The position numbers were made by a program, and so were the translations under genes. 64,000 nucleotides of DNA, from the NCBI RefSeq assembly GCF_963921235.1, contig NC_086097.1, forward strand, positions 95,978,001 to 96,042,000. The letters run 5' to 3'. Below the pieces are notes generated by a model. It was not told where the DNA came from. It saw nothing but the letters and a program-made list of their open reading frames with translations, and searched no databases. Shown one piece after another: positions 36,601 to 51,600 of the stretch; positions within the stretch are counted from its first letter, which is position 1; the number at the start of each line of letters is the position of its first letter. The stretch is from Mobula hypostoma (Eukaryota).

Positions 36601-39600
36601 AATGGAAATGGAGCTTTGATCTTACAGCAGGCACTGTTAAGTGTATGGTAACTCTTTGAGTTCGTAGACATTTGCTGGGGGTTGAGGGAATTCCTTGGAG
36701 AATGCAGATCCTCCTCAGTTATGGATGCCTGATTTGTGGATTCCAGTTAATCCTAATCAGTTAATTGGAGCATCCACTTATTTGGAAAAAAAATTGAGAA
36801 AATAACTTGGAACATTATGCAGCATAACTGAGGCAGGAGACTGCTGCAGGGCAGTTTCTAACTAGTGTTGGGTGTGTGCACTTGTGTGGCCGTTAGACAC
36901 TACTCTGTGCTTAGATTGAACAGTTTTAAAATAGTGTCAATGGCCTTTGATTATATTCAAAAATCAGTGATTTTTGTCACTGATAGTTGGTGAGAAATGA
37001 GCAGTAAACAATTCAGAACTGTGGTACTCACTGCGGTTTCAAGTGTTCAGGCCTGGAGATGGCAGAAATGGCCAGGAGTGAAAATGAAACAACTTTACTA
37101 AAGTGAGGAACTACGAAGAATCTGAAGGTACCAACAATCATCTCGAATGTTACAATAAAAATGAAGATTTGAAGGAGGTAATCATCGATAGCATTGTGTG
37201 AAGGTGGTCCATTATCTTTACTAGGTGTCTGTGCTGATTTTCTTCATTTACAGTCAATCAAAAAAAGTGGCAGCGTTTATAACCATTGGGACTCCATCCA
37301 TAACTATTTGGAACTTATACACATTTTTATAGTACTCTAGTAGTATTGATAGTGTTCTAATTTCTGTATTTCATGTAAATACATAATTTGTTACTCAGTT
37401 AAACAGTAGTTTGTCTTTTTTATACCTTTTTAATTATTTCCATGAAACTTCGGCTAACTGGAGCAGGATCTTAATTGGGCCGAAATGTACTGGTCCTGAT
37501 GTGTCCCAATTTTAAGTTCAAATGAGAACCAGTCTTGGGGAGGGAAGAAATATTTATATGTATGTAACCTTATGGTAATTGAACATTGTTGTTTCAAGAC
37601 ACAGGCTGCCACTTTCACTGCTAGAGGCCATGGAAATTAACAAGCAAACACTATTATTGCTACTTGTGCAATGATACTTTATTAAACAATGTAACCTCCA
37701 CTGATTCTTCAAGCCCACTGAAACCAGCCATTGACTGGTATACCCCCAAGTTTTGTAACGTTCTGCCAAGGCAGGGGAAAACAAATGTTTGTTAATTAGA
37801 CCTCCTCAACACCATTCATTGCAATACTGTGGCGATTTGATTACCACCTTGAATTATTTTGTGTATTTTCTGACTTGCTAACAAAGTTTATCTCCTGGGC
37901 GTCTACTTTTTTTTAAATAGAACCCATTCTTAAGCTGGAATGGCCTTGTAGGCTATAGCATTTGTGAAACTTTGCGTATTTTACTTGAGTTTATTATTGA
38001 TTCTGAGCTATAGTTGATTTTTTTCCACTGTATTGAATAAAACTCTATTATTTTATTTCTTGGTAGCCTGAATTGGACAGATCCTCAGGACTGGAAAATT
38101 GGCTGGCTGTGAAGTTTATTCACCGACCAAAACGGGAAGTCTATGAAGACAATAGTTCTGCACTCTCTGCGGCCATAAATGAGTATGTAAAGTTTAGGCA
38201 GTGTTGTTGCCTCACTGCGTCAGAGGTTTGGTTTCAAATCTATGTGTGTGAAGTTGACATGTTCTGTGACTGTATGGGTGTCCTTCAATAGCTCTGGTTT
38301 CTTCCCAAAGGCTTGAGTTGGCAGGTTAATTGGCCACTTAAAATTGCAGCTATTGTGCAGGTGAATAGTAGTATCTTGGGGGAATTGATAATGTGGGGAG
38401 GTTAAAAAGGGATTAGATGATGATTAATATTTATAGGTGGTAGTCAGCCAATGCAGATCTGATGTTCTGAAGGGCCTATTCCTATCCTGTATGACTCGGT
38501 GAAGTCTTACAAATTGCCTTCTGTGATAATAGCTATTTCTATTATATTCTTGGAAAATACTTTATTAACTTGAGAGCTTGTGTTGAAAGTTATTATTAAT
38601 TTTAAAATGCAGTTTCAAAATTGATGTAGGCACAGGTGCAATGAAAAACTTGCAGCAGTATTTTAGGCATGTACTTATTTATTTAGAGGTTCCGCAAGGG
38701 ACAGGCCCTTACAGTCAACAAACCTCACTGCCCAGAAACACACCTATTTCACACTAGCCTAATCACAGGATAATTTACAATGACCTATTGACTGGGTTGT
38801 CTTTGGACTGTGGGAGGAAACTGGGGCATCCAGAGAAACCCGTGCCATTCACAGGGAGAATGTACAAACTCTACAGACTGCTCCAGAATGTCCAGAGCTG
38901 TAATAGCATAGTGCTAGTTGTTAACTAGTGTGGCACCCAGAAACACACATATCTTTAGAGACACAACATTCACAAACAATATGTGAATTTCTACATAAAT
39001 TGTACAAGAAAGAACAGAATTACAATTAAGAAGAAGCAGTAAAATCCATTATAGTGCAAAGTGGTCATAGTGTTGCTATTGAGGTAGTGATTAGAGTTGT
39101 GTAGGTTGCTTCATGAACTGAATGAGTAGCTGTTCTTGAACCTTGTGAGACTTGAGGCTTCCGTACCTCCTGCCCAATGATAGCTGCCAGAAGATGGTAT
39201 GGCTTGGGGGTTCTTTGGATGTTATTTCGTTAAGGCAGTGCCTCATGTAGATACTATCAATAGTGGGGATGTATTGGGCTGAGTTCACTACTCTTTGTGG
39301 CTTCTTGTGTTTCTGCTCATTGGAATTGCCATACCAGAATTTGATGGAACTGGTTAAGATAATTTCAACAGATCATTTGTAGATGTATGTTCAGTAACAT
39401 GCCAACCCTTTTTAAACTTGTATTTTATCAGAAAAGGTATTGGTGTGTCTTCCTTGTGATTGATTATATATGACAGGTCAGGATAGAACTTCCAAGAACT
39501 TAAAGCTACTAACCCTCTGCACTGCTGATTCACCAATGTAGAGTGAAGCATGTTTCCCTCCCTTTCCCTTCCTACAAGCTTCTTTCACAACCACCCCCCA

Positions 39601-42600
39601 CCTCCTCACTGTCATATCCGCGTGCTTCTGGTTCTTGAGTTGCAAATTCCAGCAAATCAGCTCTAAATGACTCCAATGTCTTTTCCATTTGCTTTTCAGC
39701 CTGAAGGATCAGTTGTTAGATCTTGACAAGCTCTTGTCAGAAGTGAACTATCCACTTCTGAAAGAGGTGATGCAAATGACAAAAGAAGAGGTAAATATTG
39801 ATTAGTCTGAAAATGGTTAAGTTTAGCTATGTTCAGTTGTTTGATCTTTCCGAATTAAAATTTGCAGTTGCTGTGTCTTAATTTCTGAAGAAGATGCATT
39901 AATTTTCAGGTTTATAGCTGCCTGCAGTCCTCTGTCATAGAGAATGATGGTCTATTTTAGGTCTGGTATGCACCCTCCATTATTTTGCTGTATTTTAAAC
40001 TGTTTAATAAGAAACTTCATGAGAAGAACCTTAGCTGAAGATTAAACTAATGATTGTAGCTGAACTTGAAAATAATTTATAACAGTAAAAAAAATGGTAA
40101 ATAATCTCTTCTTGGGCTTCCAGCCAGGTACAGGTATTGATTATAATCGATGTTTTGATGACAAACTCAGCCATCTTCTTCAGGGATGATGCCTGGGCAT
40201 GTCTAGTCCAGTGGTATTTATGCCCCCATATTCCGTCCCTTCTGATTGGTTAGTCCTCATCTACTCAAGTTTCCAATCTCCCACCTTGTTTATAATCATT
40301 CCAGTTCTTATTTAGACTGAGACCTTTGTCTTTGTTGAAATTCTTTTCCTCTAGTTTTATTTCAGTAGCTTCCTTTACCAGGCAGTCCTAAAAGCCATTG
40401 GCATGGCACAGTAGTTTGGTGCTGTTGAAGTTAATCCTATGGCCAGTGCGAATGCAGTGTTCCTCTACTGCTGATTTCTCCAGGTAACCCAAATGCATAC
40501 ACCTTCTGTGCTCCTTGATGCGAGTTTCCACCGTGCATCCCATCTGGCCAATATATGCTGCTCCGCATTCACAGGGAATCCTGTAAACGCCAGCTGATCT
40601 GAGTTCCAGATCATCTTTGACCTGCGTAAGCTGTGACTTGAGCTTCTGTACGGATTTGTGGATGGTATCAATCCGGTATTTCTTCCGGATCCTGGCGATC
40701 TTTCCACAAACTATGGAAATATAGGGAAGACAGGCAGTAATGACAGGTTCCTCCTCATTGTTAAGCTTTCCTGTTTGTTTGTTTTTTTTTGTCGGTCCTT
40801 TTAAGGACCCAATCGATTTCCTTCTCCTTGTAGCCATTCTGTAAGAATGTCATGCATAATTGTCTTATTTCCTCGGGGAGACTCCCCGGATCCAAAATAG
40901 TTTTCGCACAGTTAATCAAAGTAGGAAGAACTGCTCTACATTGGGAGGCATGATGATGGCTGCTATTGTTGAGATACAAGTCTGTGTGAGTTGGTTTCTG
41001 CTGGTCGCCATATCCGAGGCTACCGTCCGGTTTCTACCTTATTAGAACATCCAGGAACAAGAGGCAACCGTTCTTCTCCATCTCCATCGTAGATCGAATG
41101 TTTGGATGTATACTGTTCAGATGGTCATGGAACTGTTGGAGTACCAGGAGTCCGTGAGACCACATGATAAAAGTGTCATTTGTTCATAGTAGTTTCCCTT
41201 AGAAAGGAAGTACGTTGATGTAAGGGTGTGTTCAAAAAGGTCAGTGATAGCTTTATCAAACCCTGACCACGGGAGGACCAAGGTGTCCTTAATGTGAACT
41301 CTTATGAACAGGGACACCATGTTGAATCTAACCATTATGTCTCCTCTGGGTTCAGCTGGATGTTATCGCTTTAACAAAGTCGGTCAAATTTGTGATGTGA
41401 TCCTCACAACCCCCAACAAAAAGAGACAGCATGGTTGTTAAATACTTAGCCAAAAATGGCTTTAAAATATTTTAATTGGTTTATTGTAATTTCTTTCTCA
41501 GTTGCAACAGTTTCGTTCTTGCTTGAATACCAAGAAAAGCACTTATGTGAAGAGGACTAAAGTAATCTGCCATGAACAAAAGGTTCAACTGTACTTGACA
41601 CAGTTGAATGCATTGAAGGTAATTGTGCTTTATGAACACTTCAAGTAAGACTGGTGTAAGAATCAGGGTATTATGTGAAAGATCTCCTCTGCCAGAATGA
41701 TTCTGTGTTTCAAGCTCTTCACAAAGCTTCCTATCCAATGATTAAATCTAGCATGATTAACTTTGTGATTTATTGGTAAGTTGAAATATAAGTGGTAGTT
41801 TAACATTTGAGAAATTTTCCTGGAAGTACAATTGTATTGCAGTCATAAGTTAATGCATTTTGTTGGCTTTACTTTGCAGAAATATAGATAAATGCTCAAC
41901 CATGGCTGGCAATGTAAAGTCTGCAGATAGCTTTGTCTACATTTTTGTCCACAATATTTAAATTCAGAATGGAAATGAACAAGATTATCTTTGGTTTGAT
42001 TGTTAAAGCTTCTTTCCTTTGTAGAAGTAAGCATTAGATTATCGTTTTGCATATGTGTCCATGGCCTTGGGCCTAATGTCAGAGCCCTAATTTTATTAAG
42101 TTATCCTTGATTGTTTTTCTGAAAGATTTAAACTAAATTATTTGGATCTCATTTTCCTAGAGGAAGATATTAAGTTTTTATCTTTACCCCTCAAATGTTT
42201 GAAAACAAGGATATATTTTATCCAGCAATTTAAAGTTTTGACAATCTAAAATTGTTGAGAACTGTTGGAATATAGCAGCATCAAGTAGCTATGAGATGCT
42301 GCAAATCTTAATTAATAAGGCAATGAACTGGAGTAGTTCTCATACTGAATCCTCCCGTTCATTAATTCATGCTGCAGTGTGTCCTGTCCAAATTTTTAAA
42401 AAATGTATACCGCAATTTTCCAGTAGTTTCTCTGACATCTCTTCCTGATGCCACAACTCAAACACTTGGAGGATTGAGGACAGTATGCATATTGGAGTTA
42501 GAAATTCACTTTGAAATTGAAGTCCATTGTGACTTATAAATGTTATCATTTTTCCACTTAATTCCATCATTTCCATTCCCAGTCAACTGCACCTTCCATC

Positions 42601-45600
42601 TTGGTAGCTTGCTTATGTGGGCACTGTTTGCTGAGTAGAGCATTGTTTATTGTCATAATGTTGAAATAACAGAGCATGTAAGGAGGAAATTAGCAATGTT
42701 TGGGGAAGGAGAGAACCCTGAAGATCAATTCTTAGTATTCCAATGATAGTCCTTTGGTCTGTGCAATGGAAGACACAAAACATGTCAACACAAAATATAA
42801 TAAAACATAGAACAGTACAGCACAGGAACAGGCCTTTGGTGCACGATCTCTGTGCTGACCATGATGGTAAACTATCCTGAACCTATCTGCTTGCACATGA
42901 TCCATGTTCCTCCATTCTCTGCATGTTCACATGTCGTGTCTGTCTAATTGCTTCTTAAAGCTACTATTGTCTCTGCTTCCACTACCATCTTGGCAGTGTA
43001 TTCTAGGCACCTACCTCTCTGTGGGGGGTTGGAGAGGAACCTAGCCTGCACATTTCCTTTAAACTTCCTCCTCTCATCTTAAAGCTAAGTCTACTGTGGG
43101 AAGCAAGGGAGGAGATTGCTGAGCCTCCGGCAATGATCTTTGCATCATCAATAGGGACGGGAGAAGTACCAGAGGATTGGAAGTTTGCAAATGTTTCCTT
43201 GTTCAATAAAGGGAGTAGAGATAACCCAGGAAATTATAGACTAGTGAGTCTCACTTCAGTAGTGGGCAAGTTGTTGGAGAAGATGCTGAGTGGCAGGATT
43301 TATGAGCATTTGGAGAGACGTAATCTGATTAGGGATAGTCAGCATGGCTTTGTCAAGGGCAGGTTGTGTCTTACGAGCCTGATTTAATTCTTTGAGGATA
43401 TTAAAAAAAATACATTGATGAGGGTAAAGCAGTGGATGTAGTATATATGGATTTCAGTAAGGTATTTGATAAGGTTCCCCATGTAAGACTCAAGTAAGGA
43501 GGCATGGGATCCAAGGAGACCTTGCTTTGTGGATCCAGAATTGGCTTGCCCACAGAAGGCAAAGGGTGGTTGTAGATGGTTCATATTCTGCATGGAGGAC
43601 GGTGACCAGTGGTATTCCGCAGGGATCTGTTCTTAGACCTCTCCTCTTTGTGATTTTTATAAATAACCTGGATGAGGAAGTAGAAGGGTGGTTTAGTAAG
43701 TTTGCTGATGATACAAATGTTGGGGGGTGTTGTGGATAGTCTGAAGGGTTGTCAGAGGTTACAGTGGGACATTGATAAGATGCAGAACTGAGCTGAGAAG
43801 TGGCCGATAGAGTTCCACCCAGACAGTGTAAAGAGGTTCATTTTGATAGGTCAAATTTGAATACAGAATATAATATTAATGGTAAGCCTCTTGGCAGTAT
43901 GGAGGATCAGCAAGATCTTGGGGTCCGTGTCTAAAGAATACTCAAAGCTGCTGTTAAGGTGTATGGTGTGATGGCCTTCATCTGTAGGATTGAGTTCAAG
44001 AGCCGTGAGGTAATGTTAAAGCTATACAAGACCTTAGTTAGACCCCACTTGGAGTACTGTGTTCAGTTCTGGTCACCTCACTACAGGAAGGATGTGGATA
44101 CTATAGAGAGAGAGAGCAAAGGAGATTTACAAGGATATTGCCTGGATTGGAGAGCATGCCTTATGGGAATAGGTTGAGTGAACTTGGCCTTTTCTCCTTG
44201 GGGTGACGGAGAATGAGAGGTGACCTGATAGAGGTGTATAAGATGATGAGAGGCATTGATTGTCTGGATAGCCAGGTGCTTCTTCCCAGGGCTGAAAAGG
44301 CTAACCTAGGGGGTCATAGTTTTAAGGCGCTTGGAAGCAGGTACAAGGGGGGGATGTCAGGGTTAAGTTTTTCACACAGAGAGTGGTGGGTGTGTGGAAT
44401 CCACTGCCAGCAAAGGTGGTAGAGTTGGATACAATAGGATCTTTTAAGAGCCTCTTAGATAGGTACACAAAGCTCAGCAAAATACAGGGCTATGCACTAG
44501 GGAAATTCTAGGCAGTTTCTTGAGTAGTTACATGGTCGGCACAACATTGTGGGCCGAAGGACCTGTAATGTGCTGTAGATTTCTATGTTTCTATCGCCTC
44601 CCCTGAGCCACAATTGAGAAAACAATCCAAGTTTAAACAGCCTCTATATAGCTGATCCTGACAGCATCCCAGTAAACCTTTTCTGCTCCAGCTTCATTAC
44701 CTCCACATCCTTCCTGTACTGGAGCATCTAGAACTGCACACAATACTCCAAATTCTCAATGATATTGAGGCCAAAATGTGTTCAGGACAGGTTAGGTGGG
44801 TAGGTTGCATTATGATGGGCTTATGTAACTGAAGATTAAAGATGTGAGAAAAGAACAAATGATTAATACAGTAAATGCATTCCTTCCAGGCAGAACAAAA
44901 TAAATGGGAGCAGGAACGGACTACAGGGCTCCTTGACTCTCATCAGCTATTCAATTAAAAGTGTTGCCGATCTGATTGACAGCTTCAACTCCATCTTGTT
45001 ATAATTTTTAATCTCTTCATCACCACTCTCATCTGCCATACCTGCCTCCAAATCCACATTAAACCCTGTCTACTGTGGCTAAAAAATGTATCTACTGCCA
45101 CTTGAATTTACTTCATCATTCAGCATTTATGGAGGTCTGGGTGGAATAATTGCCAACAAATCAGCAAATGTTGCAAATGCTGATCCAGTTAGACAGCAGC
45201 TCTAAAGAGGAAATTAATATTTTGGGTTGCGTTTAGATGCTTTGCTCTATTCATCTGCTTAACAAGTGTTTTCTGCTTACAGATGTGCAGTGGCTGCAAG
45301 ATTTTCTTTTAAGTCCGTAATTGAGAGAAGTAGTTTCTCTTGATCTTGATCTTAAATTGATGATGCCTTATTGGAGGCCGGGCCTCCCAATTCTTGACTC
45401 TGTCACTTCAGGGTATGTCTTAAATTCAACCTCAGGAACTAGTATCTTTCAGTGAGATCACCTTTCAGTTAAGCTCCAGAACATCCATAAAGTCATATAG
45501 TCATACAACAGTCCTTGGTCTCCAGATCCACTTCAAATCATCAAGCATCCATTTATACTAATCCCATTTTATTCCCCTCAGATGCCTATTAACTCCTCTG

Positions 45601-48600
45601 ATATACAGCTTACCTGCACACTAGCAGCATTTTGCAGTAGCCAGTTAACCTACCTAACCATATGTCTTCAGAATGTGGGAGGAAAACAAAACAAGGTCAG
45701 GATTAAATCTGTTAAATCCATCATTAAGGAACCTCACCATCCAAGAATGTGCTCTTAGCACTGCCATCAGGGAGGAGGTACAGAAGCCTGAAAATGTACA
45801 TTCTACACTTTTAGGAACAGTTTCTTACTCTCCATGAGATTTCTGAATGATCTGTAAACACTACATCACAATTTTGCTCTCATTGCACTATGTATTTTTG
45901 TTTTTTATATACATATATGTGTGTGTGTATATATATCTTATTGTAACTTGCAATATTTTTTAATATTGCACTATACCACGGTAGCAGGTTGCCATAGGTT
46001 ACAATGGGACATTACTAGGATGCAGAGTACAGGGTGAACGACAGAATTTTTAGCAGTGCAGAGGAAATTTACCAGGGATGTTGCTTGGATTAGAGAGCAT
46101 GCCTCATGAGTATAGGCTGTGCAAGCTAGGGCTTTTCTCTTTGTAGGGAAGGAGGATGAGAGGTGACTTGGTAGAGTTATATAAGATAAAAGGACTAGAT
46201 AGTAGGCAGCCGGCGCCCTTTTCCTAGGGTGGAAATGGCTAATATGAGAGGACATGATTTTAAGGTGATTGGAGGAAAGTCCAGGGGGATGTCAAAGGTT
46301 TTTTTTTTAAACACAGGAAGTGGCGGATGTCTGGCCAGGGATGAAGGTACAAACAGAAACATTAGGAACATTTAAGAGACTCTTGGATAAGCACATGGTT
46401 GAAAGAAAAAGTGGAGGGCAATGTGGGAGGGAAGTGTTAAAGTGATCTTGGAGTAGGTTAAAAGGTTGGCACAACATCTCAACTGAAAAGCTTGTAGAAT
46501 CCTATATTTCTGCTTACTTTCCAATTTTTAACCAAGATATAACTTTTTTTGCCATGTTTTTCTTTATGTCACCAGCAAAATTGGGTAAATTATACTTGGT
46601 CCTATTCATTTTGTCAATACAGGTGGCCCCCGTTTTCCGAACGTTCGCTTTACGACACCGCTCTGTTACGAAAGACCTACATTAGGTACCTGTTTTCGCT
46701 AACAGAAGGTGTTTTCACTGTTATGAAAAAAGGCAGCACGTGCCAGAACAGCCAAGCTCCTCCCCCGGAACTGCATTCTAGCCGCCATTGCTTAAACACG
46801 TGCTTTATCTCGATTTATTTTATGCATCCGTTAGCAAGATGAGTTCTAAGGTATCGGAAAAGCCTAAAAGAGCTCCTAAGGGTGTTACACTTAGCGTAAA
46901 ACTAGACATAATTAAGCATCTTGATCGTGGTGTATGAAGTAAGGACATTGTCCACGCGTTGAACTTGCCTGCGTCCACCATTCGCACTATTTATACGCAG
47001 AGGGAAATAATTTTGAAAGCTGCCAATGTTACTGCTGCTTCTACTCGTAGCAAAATGGTCTCTCTTAGTCGGTATCCAATAATGGATAAAATGGATAGTC
47101 TATTGCTTGAGTGGATTGATGGATGTACAAAGCATGGTGTTCCATTAAGTTTCCTTATACTTGAGGAGAAATCAGTCAGTCTTTTTAATAAGCTGAAATA
47201 GAAAGCACTGGATGATGGTGATGAAAGTGTTGAGTAAGTGGAATTTAAAGGTAGTTATGGGTGGTTTGATCGGTTTCTGAGGCGAGGGCAGCTTCATAGT
47301 TTAACGTTTACCTGAGAGAGTGCTTCAGCTGATACTGAAGCTGCCGAAAAGTTCCCAGCAGAACTGAAGAAAATAATTACAGAAGGTGGTTATTCATATA
47401 AGCAAGTGTTTAACTGTGACGAAACTGCAATTTATTTGAGTCTTCCCTATTCTGGTAAGTGAAACTACACTGTACATACATTATTTCTACTTTATATAGG
47501 CCGTGTATTTTTGTGTTATTTGATATGATTTGGCAGCTTCATAGCTTAAAGGTTACTGGACAGAGTGGTTCTGCTGAGAGCGTTTGCACCGTGTTTCTGC
47601 CGAGAGCGCTTCCGCGAGATTTTCGCTGCGCTAGACAGTGCTGCAGAAAAGTATTTCTACTTTATATTGGCTGTGTATTTATCGTATCATTCCTGCTTTT
47701 ACTATATGTTACTGTTATTTTAGGTTTTATGTGTTATTTGACATGATTTTGTAGGCTATTTTTTGGGTCTGGGAACACTTAAAAATTTTTCCCATATTAA
47801 TAAATGGTAATTCCTTATTCACTTTACGACATTCTGGCTTATGAACTGTTTCATAGGAACGCTCTACCTTCGGTTAGCGGGGGAAACCTGTAATGTGGAT
47901 TTTAAGTAACTAAAGCCCCAACAGTAATCTGCAGTAACACACTAGTAACAGAAAATGGCCCTTTTATCTTTACATTTTGTTTTCTGCTGGCATCAACTCC
48001 TAATGTTGTACTGCCTAAACTTCCATTATTACTAATGTCCTGTAAATTGATCTCCAATATGGCAGAAAAAAGCCTATAAAATCTTTTGTATATTTTTAGT
48101 CCAAACGTTTGCCTAGTAGTTAAAAACAATAATGGATTTCTTGTACCATGAATACAAATTAGATAAAATTTCTCCCTATTCAATCTTGAAGAAGAAACAT
48201 TACTTAGTTAACTAATTTTAGAATAAGAATAATTGTTTTTTCTTGATTCCTGTTCTAGGCACAACATCAGCAGAGAAAGGAATACGAAGATTCCTTGGAT
48301 GATATACTAAACAAAATGGATGACTGCCTTGCGTCATTAGATCTCGGTAATTAATCACATATCTTGTGTAGCTGAGGAGTATTTTACTTTCCCCCGCATT
48401 TCAACATAACAGAAGACTATGTCTTTTACATTATTTAAGTGGTTAATTAATGCATATTTTCAGGTATTTCTCCATTATGATGATAGCCTAAGAACTTTGA
48501 CACAGTTTAATAGATGAGTTTTCATACTAACTGTTTAGGAATGCTGCAGAAGCTGTCCTGGTGTTCATGACAGTGAACAGTCTGAAGTAGCTGGAGCAGA

Positions 48601-51600
48601 TTTCAATGCTTCAAATTGTCTTCCCTATCATAGTTTACAACTTGGTGCTTTTTGCTCAATCTACACAACTTGTCTCCATCAATTGGTTCTCAGTTGCAAA
48701 ATTGGGAATATGATTCTACATTCTTTTATCCAAATAATTAACAAAATAAATGCAGGTTCTATAAATTTGAAATGAGAATAAAATAGTCCAAATACTCACC
48801 AGCTAAGGCCACAGCTTTAGGATATAATAACGATCAGAGTGGCAACTCAACCTCTCGAGCCCGCTCCTATGTTCTCATCGGCATAATATGATCATGGCTA
48901 ATATCTCCCAGACATCTGCTTCTGTGCCAGTACCAACAAAAGAGAAGGTTGTTGACTTCAGGAGGACATGAAGCAACCATTCTCTGCTGAACATCGACTC
49001 CTCCGTAGAGATTGTTAAGAGCACCAAATTTCTTGGTGTTCACCTGGTGGAGAATCTCACCTAGTCCCTCAACGCCAGCTCCCTAGCAAAGAAAGCCCAG
49101 CAGTGTCTTTACTTTCTGCGAAGGCTGAGAAAAGTCATCTCCCACCCCCCATCTACATCCCACATTCTACAAAGGTCGTATTGAGAGCATCCTGAGCAGC
49201 TGCATCACTGCCTGGTTCGGAAAATTGCACCATCTCGGATCACAAGACCCTGCAGCGGATAGTGAGGTCAGCTGAGAAGATCATCAGGGTCTCTCTTCCC
49301 GCCATCACAGACATTCACACCACACGCTGCATCCATAAAGCAAACAGCATTATGAAGGACCCCACGCACCCCTCATACAAACTCTTCTCCCTCCTGCCAT
49401 CTGGCAAAAGGCACCAAAGCATTCGGGCTCTCTCGACCAGACTGTAACAGTTCCTTCCCTAAGCCATCAGACTCCTCAATACCCAGAGCCTGGACTGACA
49501 CTAACCTACTACCCTCTACTGTGCCTATTGTCTTGTTTATTATTTATTGTAATGCCTGCACTGTTTTGTGCACTTTATGCAGTCCTGGGTAGGTCTGTAG
49601 TCTAGTGTAGTTTCAGTGTTGTTTTACATAGTTCAGTGTAGTTTTTGTATTGTTTCATGTAGCACCATGGTCCTGAAAAACATTGTCTTGTTTTTACTGT
49701 GTACTGTACCAGCAGTTATGGTCGAAATGACAATAAAAAGTGACTTGACTTGACTATGGCCCTCAATTTCTTGATCTTCCTTTGAAAAATTTATGTACTT
49801 CCTCTTTAAATATGCCAAATGATCTAGCTTCCACAACCTTCTCTTATAGAAAATTCCTGAAATTCACCACCCTTTAAGCTTTTAATGATGGCCTTCTCAG
49901 TTTGTAACTACGTTCCCTTGTTCTGCAGTGAACACATCGCCATATCTACCCTGTCTTTCTCTCTAAAGATCTTCTACATTTCAATCCCTCATTCATCTAA
50001 ACTCTTAAGAATATAAAACTAATTTCTTTAACTACATGTGATTGCACAGTCCTCTCGCCCCAAGAATTAACCTAGTGAATCTCTTAGGTGTCTCCAAAAG
50101 AGTATTTAATTTCTCAATAAGAGAGTCAAAATTGTGAACAGCACTCCAGATATGGCCTCAACAGTAGCATATACAAATTACTTATCTGTAAACTCCAACT
50201 CTTTTACAATGAAAGTCAATATGCATTTTGCCTTTCTAAGCACTTGCTGCATCTAGCTACTAACTTTTAGTGATTTATGTACAAAAACATCTAAATTCTC
50301 CTCCTCTGCAATCTTTCTCCATTTAGGAGAGAAAGTTTGTATTTAGATTTTTCTTACCAAAGTTCATAATGTCACGTTTTCTCATTAAGTTCCATTTGCC
50401 AAGTTTTTGCTTGCTCACTTAGTTTGTATCCAGTTGCAGACTCATAATTTTCTCATGGCCACAACCCCTCCCATCAATTTTCATGTCACTGGCAAAAGAA
50501 ACTGTCTCTTTCAGACCATATTACACGAGATTGGAAGAAGTGTAAAGGCCAATTTATACTTGTGCGTCAAATCGACGCTGTAGGTACGGCGTAACAGCGT
50601 ACCCTATGCTGTAGCCTGACGCGCACCTCCCCAAAAATGTAACTACGCGTCATTGCGACGCAGACCGCAACAACTATGATTGGTCTGCTTGGTAGCATCG
50701 CATTTCCTCCTGTGCTGCAATAGCTTCCCATTGGGCAACTGAAGGGCAAGAAAGGAATTCTGGCTGCAATGCTTTTCATAAAGTGTTACAGACCTTCGAA
50801 ATTATGGAGGACCCTGTGCTTGATGCCAGTTTGTAGCCAGCTGCTACAGCCTGTTGACTTCCACCTGAAGCTAAAACTCGAATGGTGGTTGCCAGTCTCT
50901 GAGTATACTGTGCGTACATTGATGCGAAATAAATGGTTGGAGACGATGAACCAAATCGTCAAATCTACCTGCTGACATCCGAAAATATTTGAAATCCATT
51001 TCCTCGTCCATGTCTCTCAGTGGCCGGACAAGCACAGAAAATTCACCCTCCTTCAGTTTGTCGCCATTGTTTGAAGTTTGAGTTTCTTCGTGTTGAGTTT
51101 CAACACGAAGAAGCTCAACACAGTGGCATAGAAACCCCACCGCCAACTAGCGTTTTGGCGGTGAATTGCAGAGCAACGCAGACACACCAACGCACAAGTA
51201 TAAACGCTCACAACAGCATAGCCCACTTGCGTAGGCTAAGGCGTAAGCTAGTACGCACAAGTATAAATCAGCCTTAAGTGATTCACTACTTCACCTGAAA
51301 ATACATTGGTCCTTGGTTTGTGGGAAGGGACAAGGTGACAAAATGAGTATTGTACTTCAATTGCATGGAAAACATGGACACTGGGGAGCGAAGAGTGGAC
51401 TAGGAAATCACTACTTCAATAGTAGGTTCAATAGGTACATTTAAAGTCAGAGAAATGTATACTAAAAACATCCTGAAATTCTTTTTCTTCGCAAACATCA
51501 ATGAAAACAGAGGTGCCCCAAAGAATGAATGACAGTTAAAACATTAGAATCCCAAAGCCCCTCCCCAGCTCCCCCTTCTGACTTATGTTAACTCTAACAA

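Noticed and set aside
41570..41590. Possible frameshift in an A-run of a KNL1 exon
   Set aside because: Recount gives four As and a 117-nt exon; the frame is intact.
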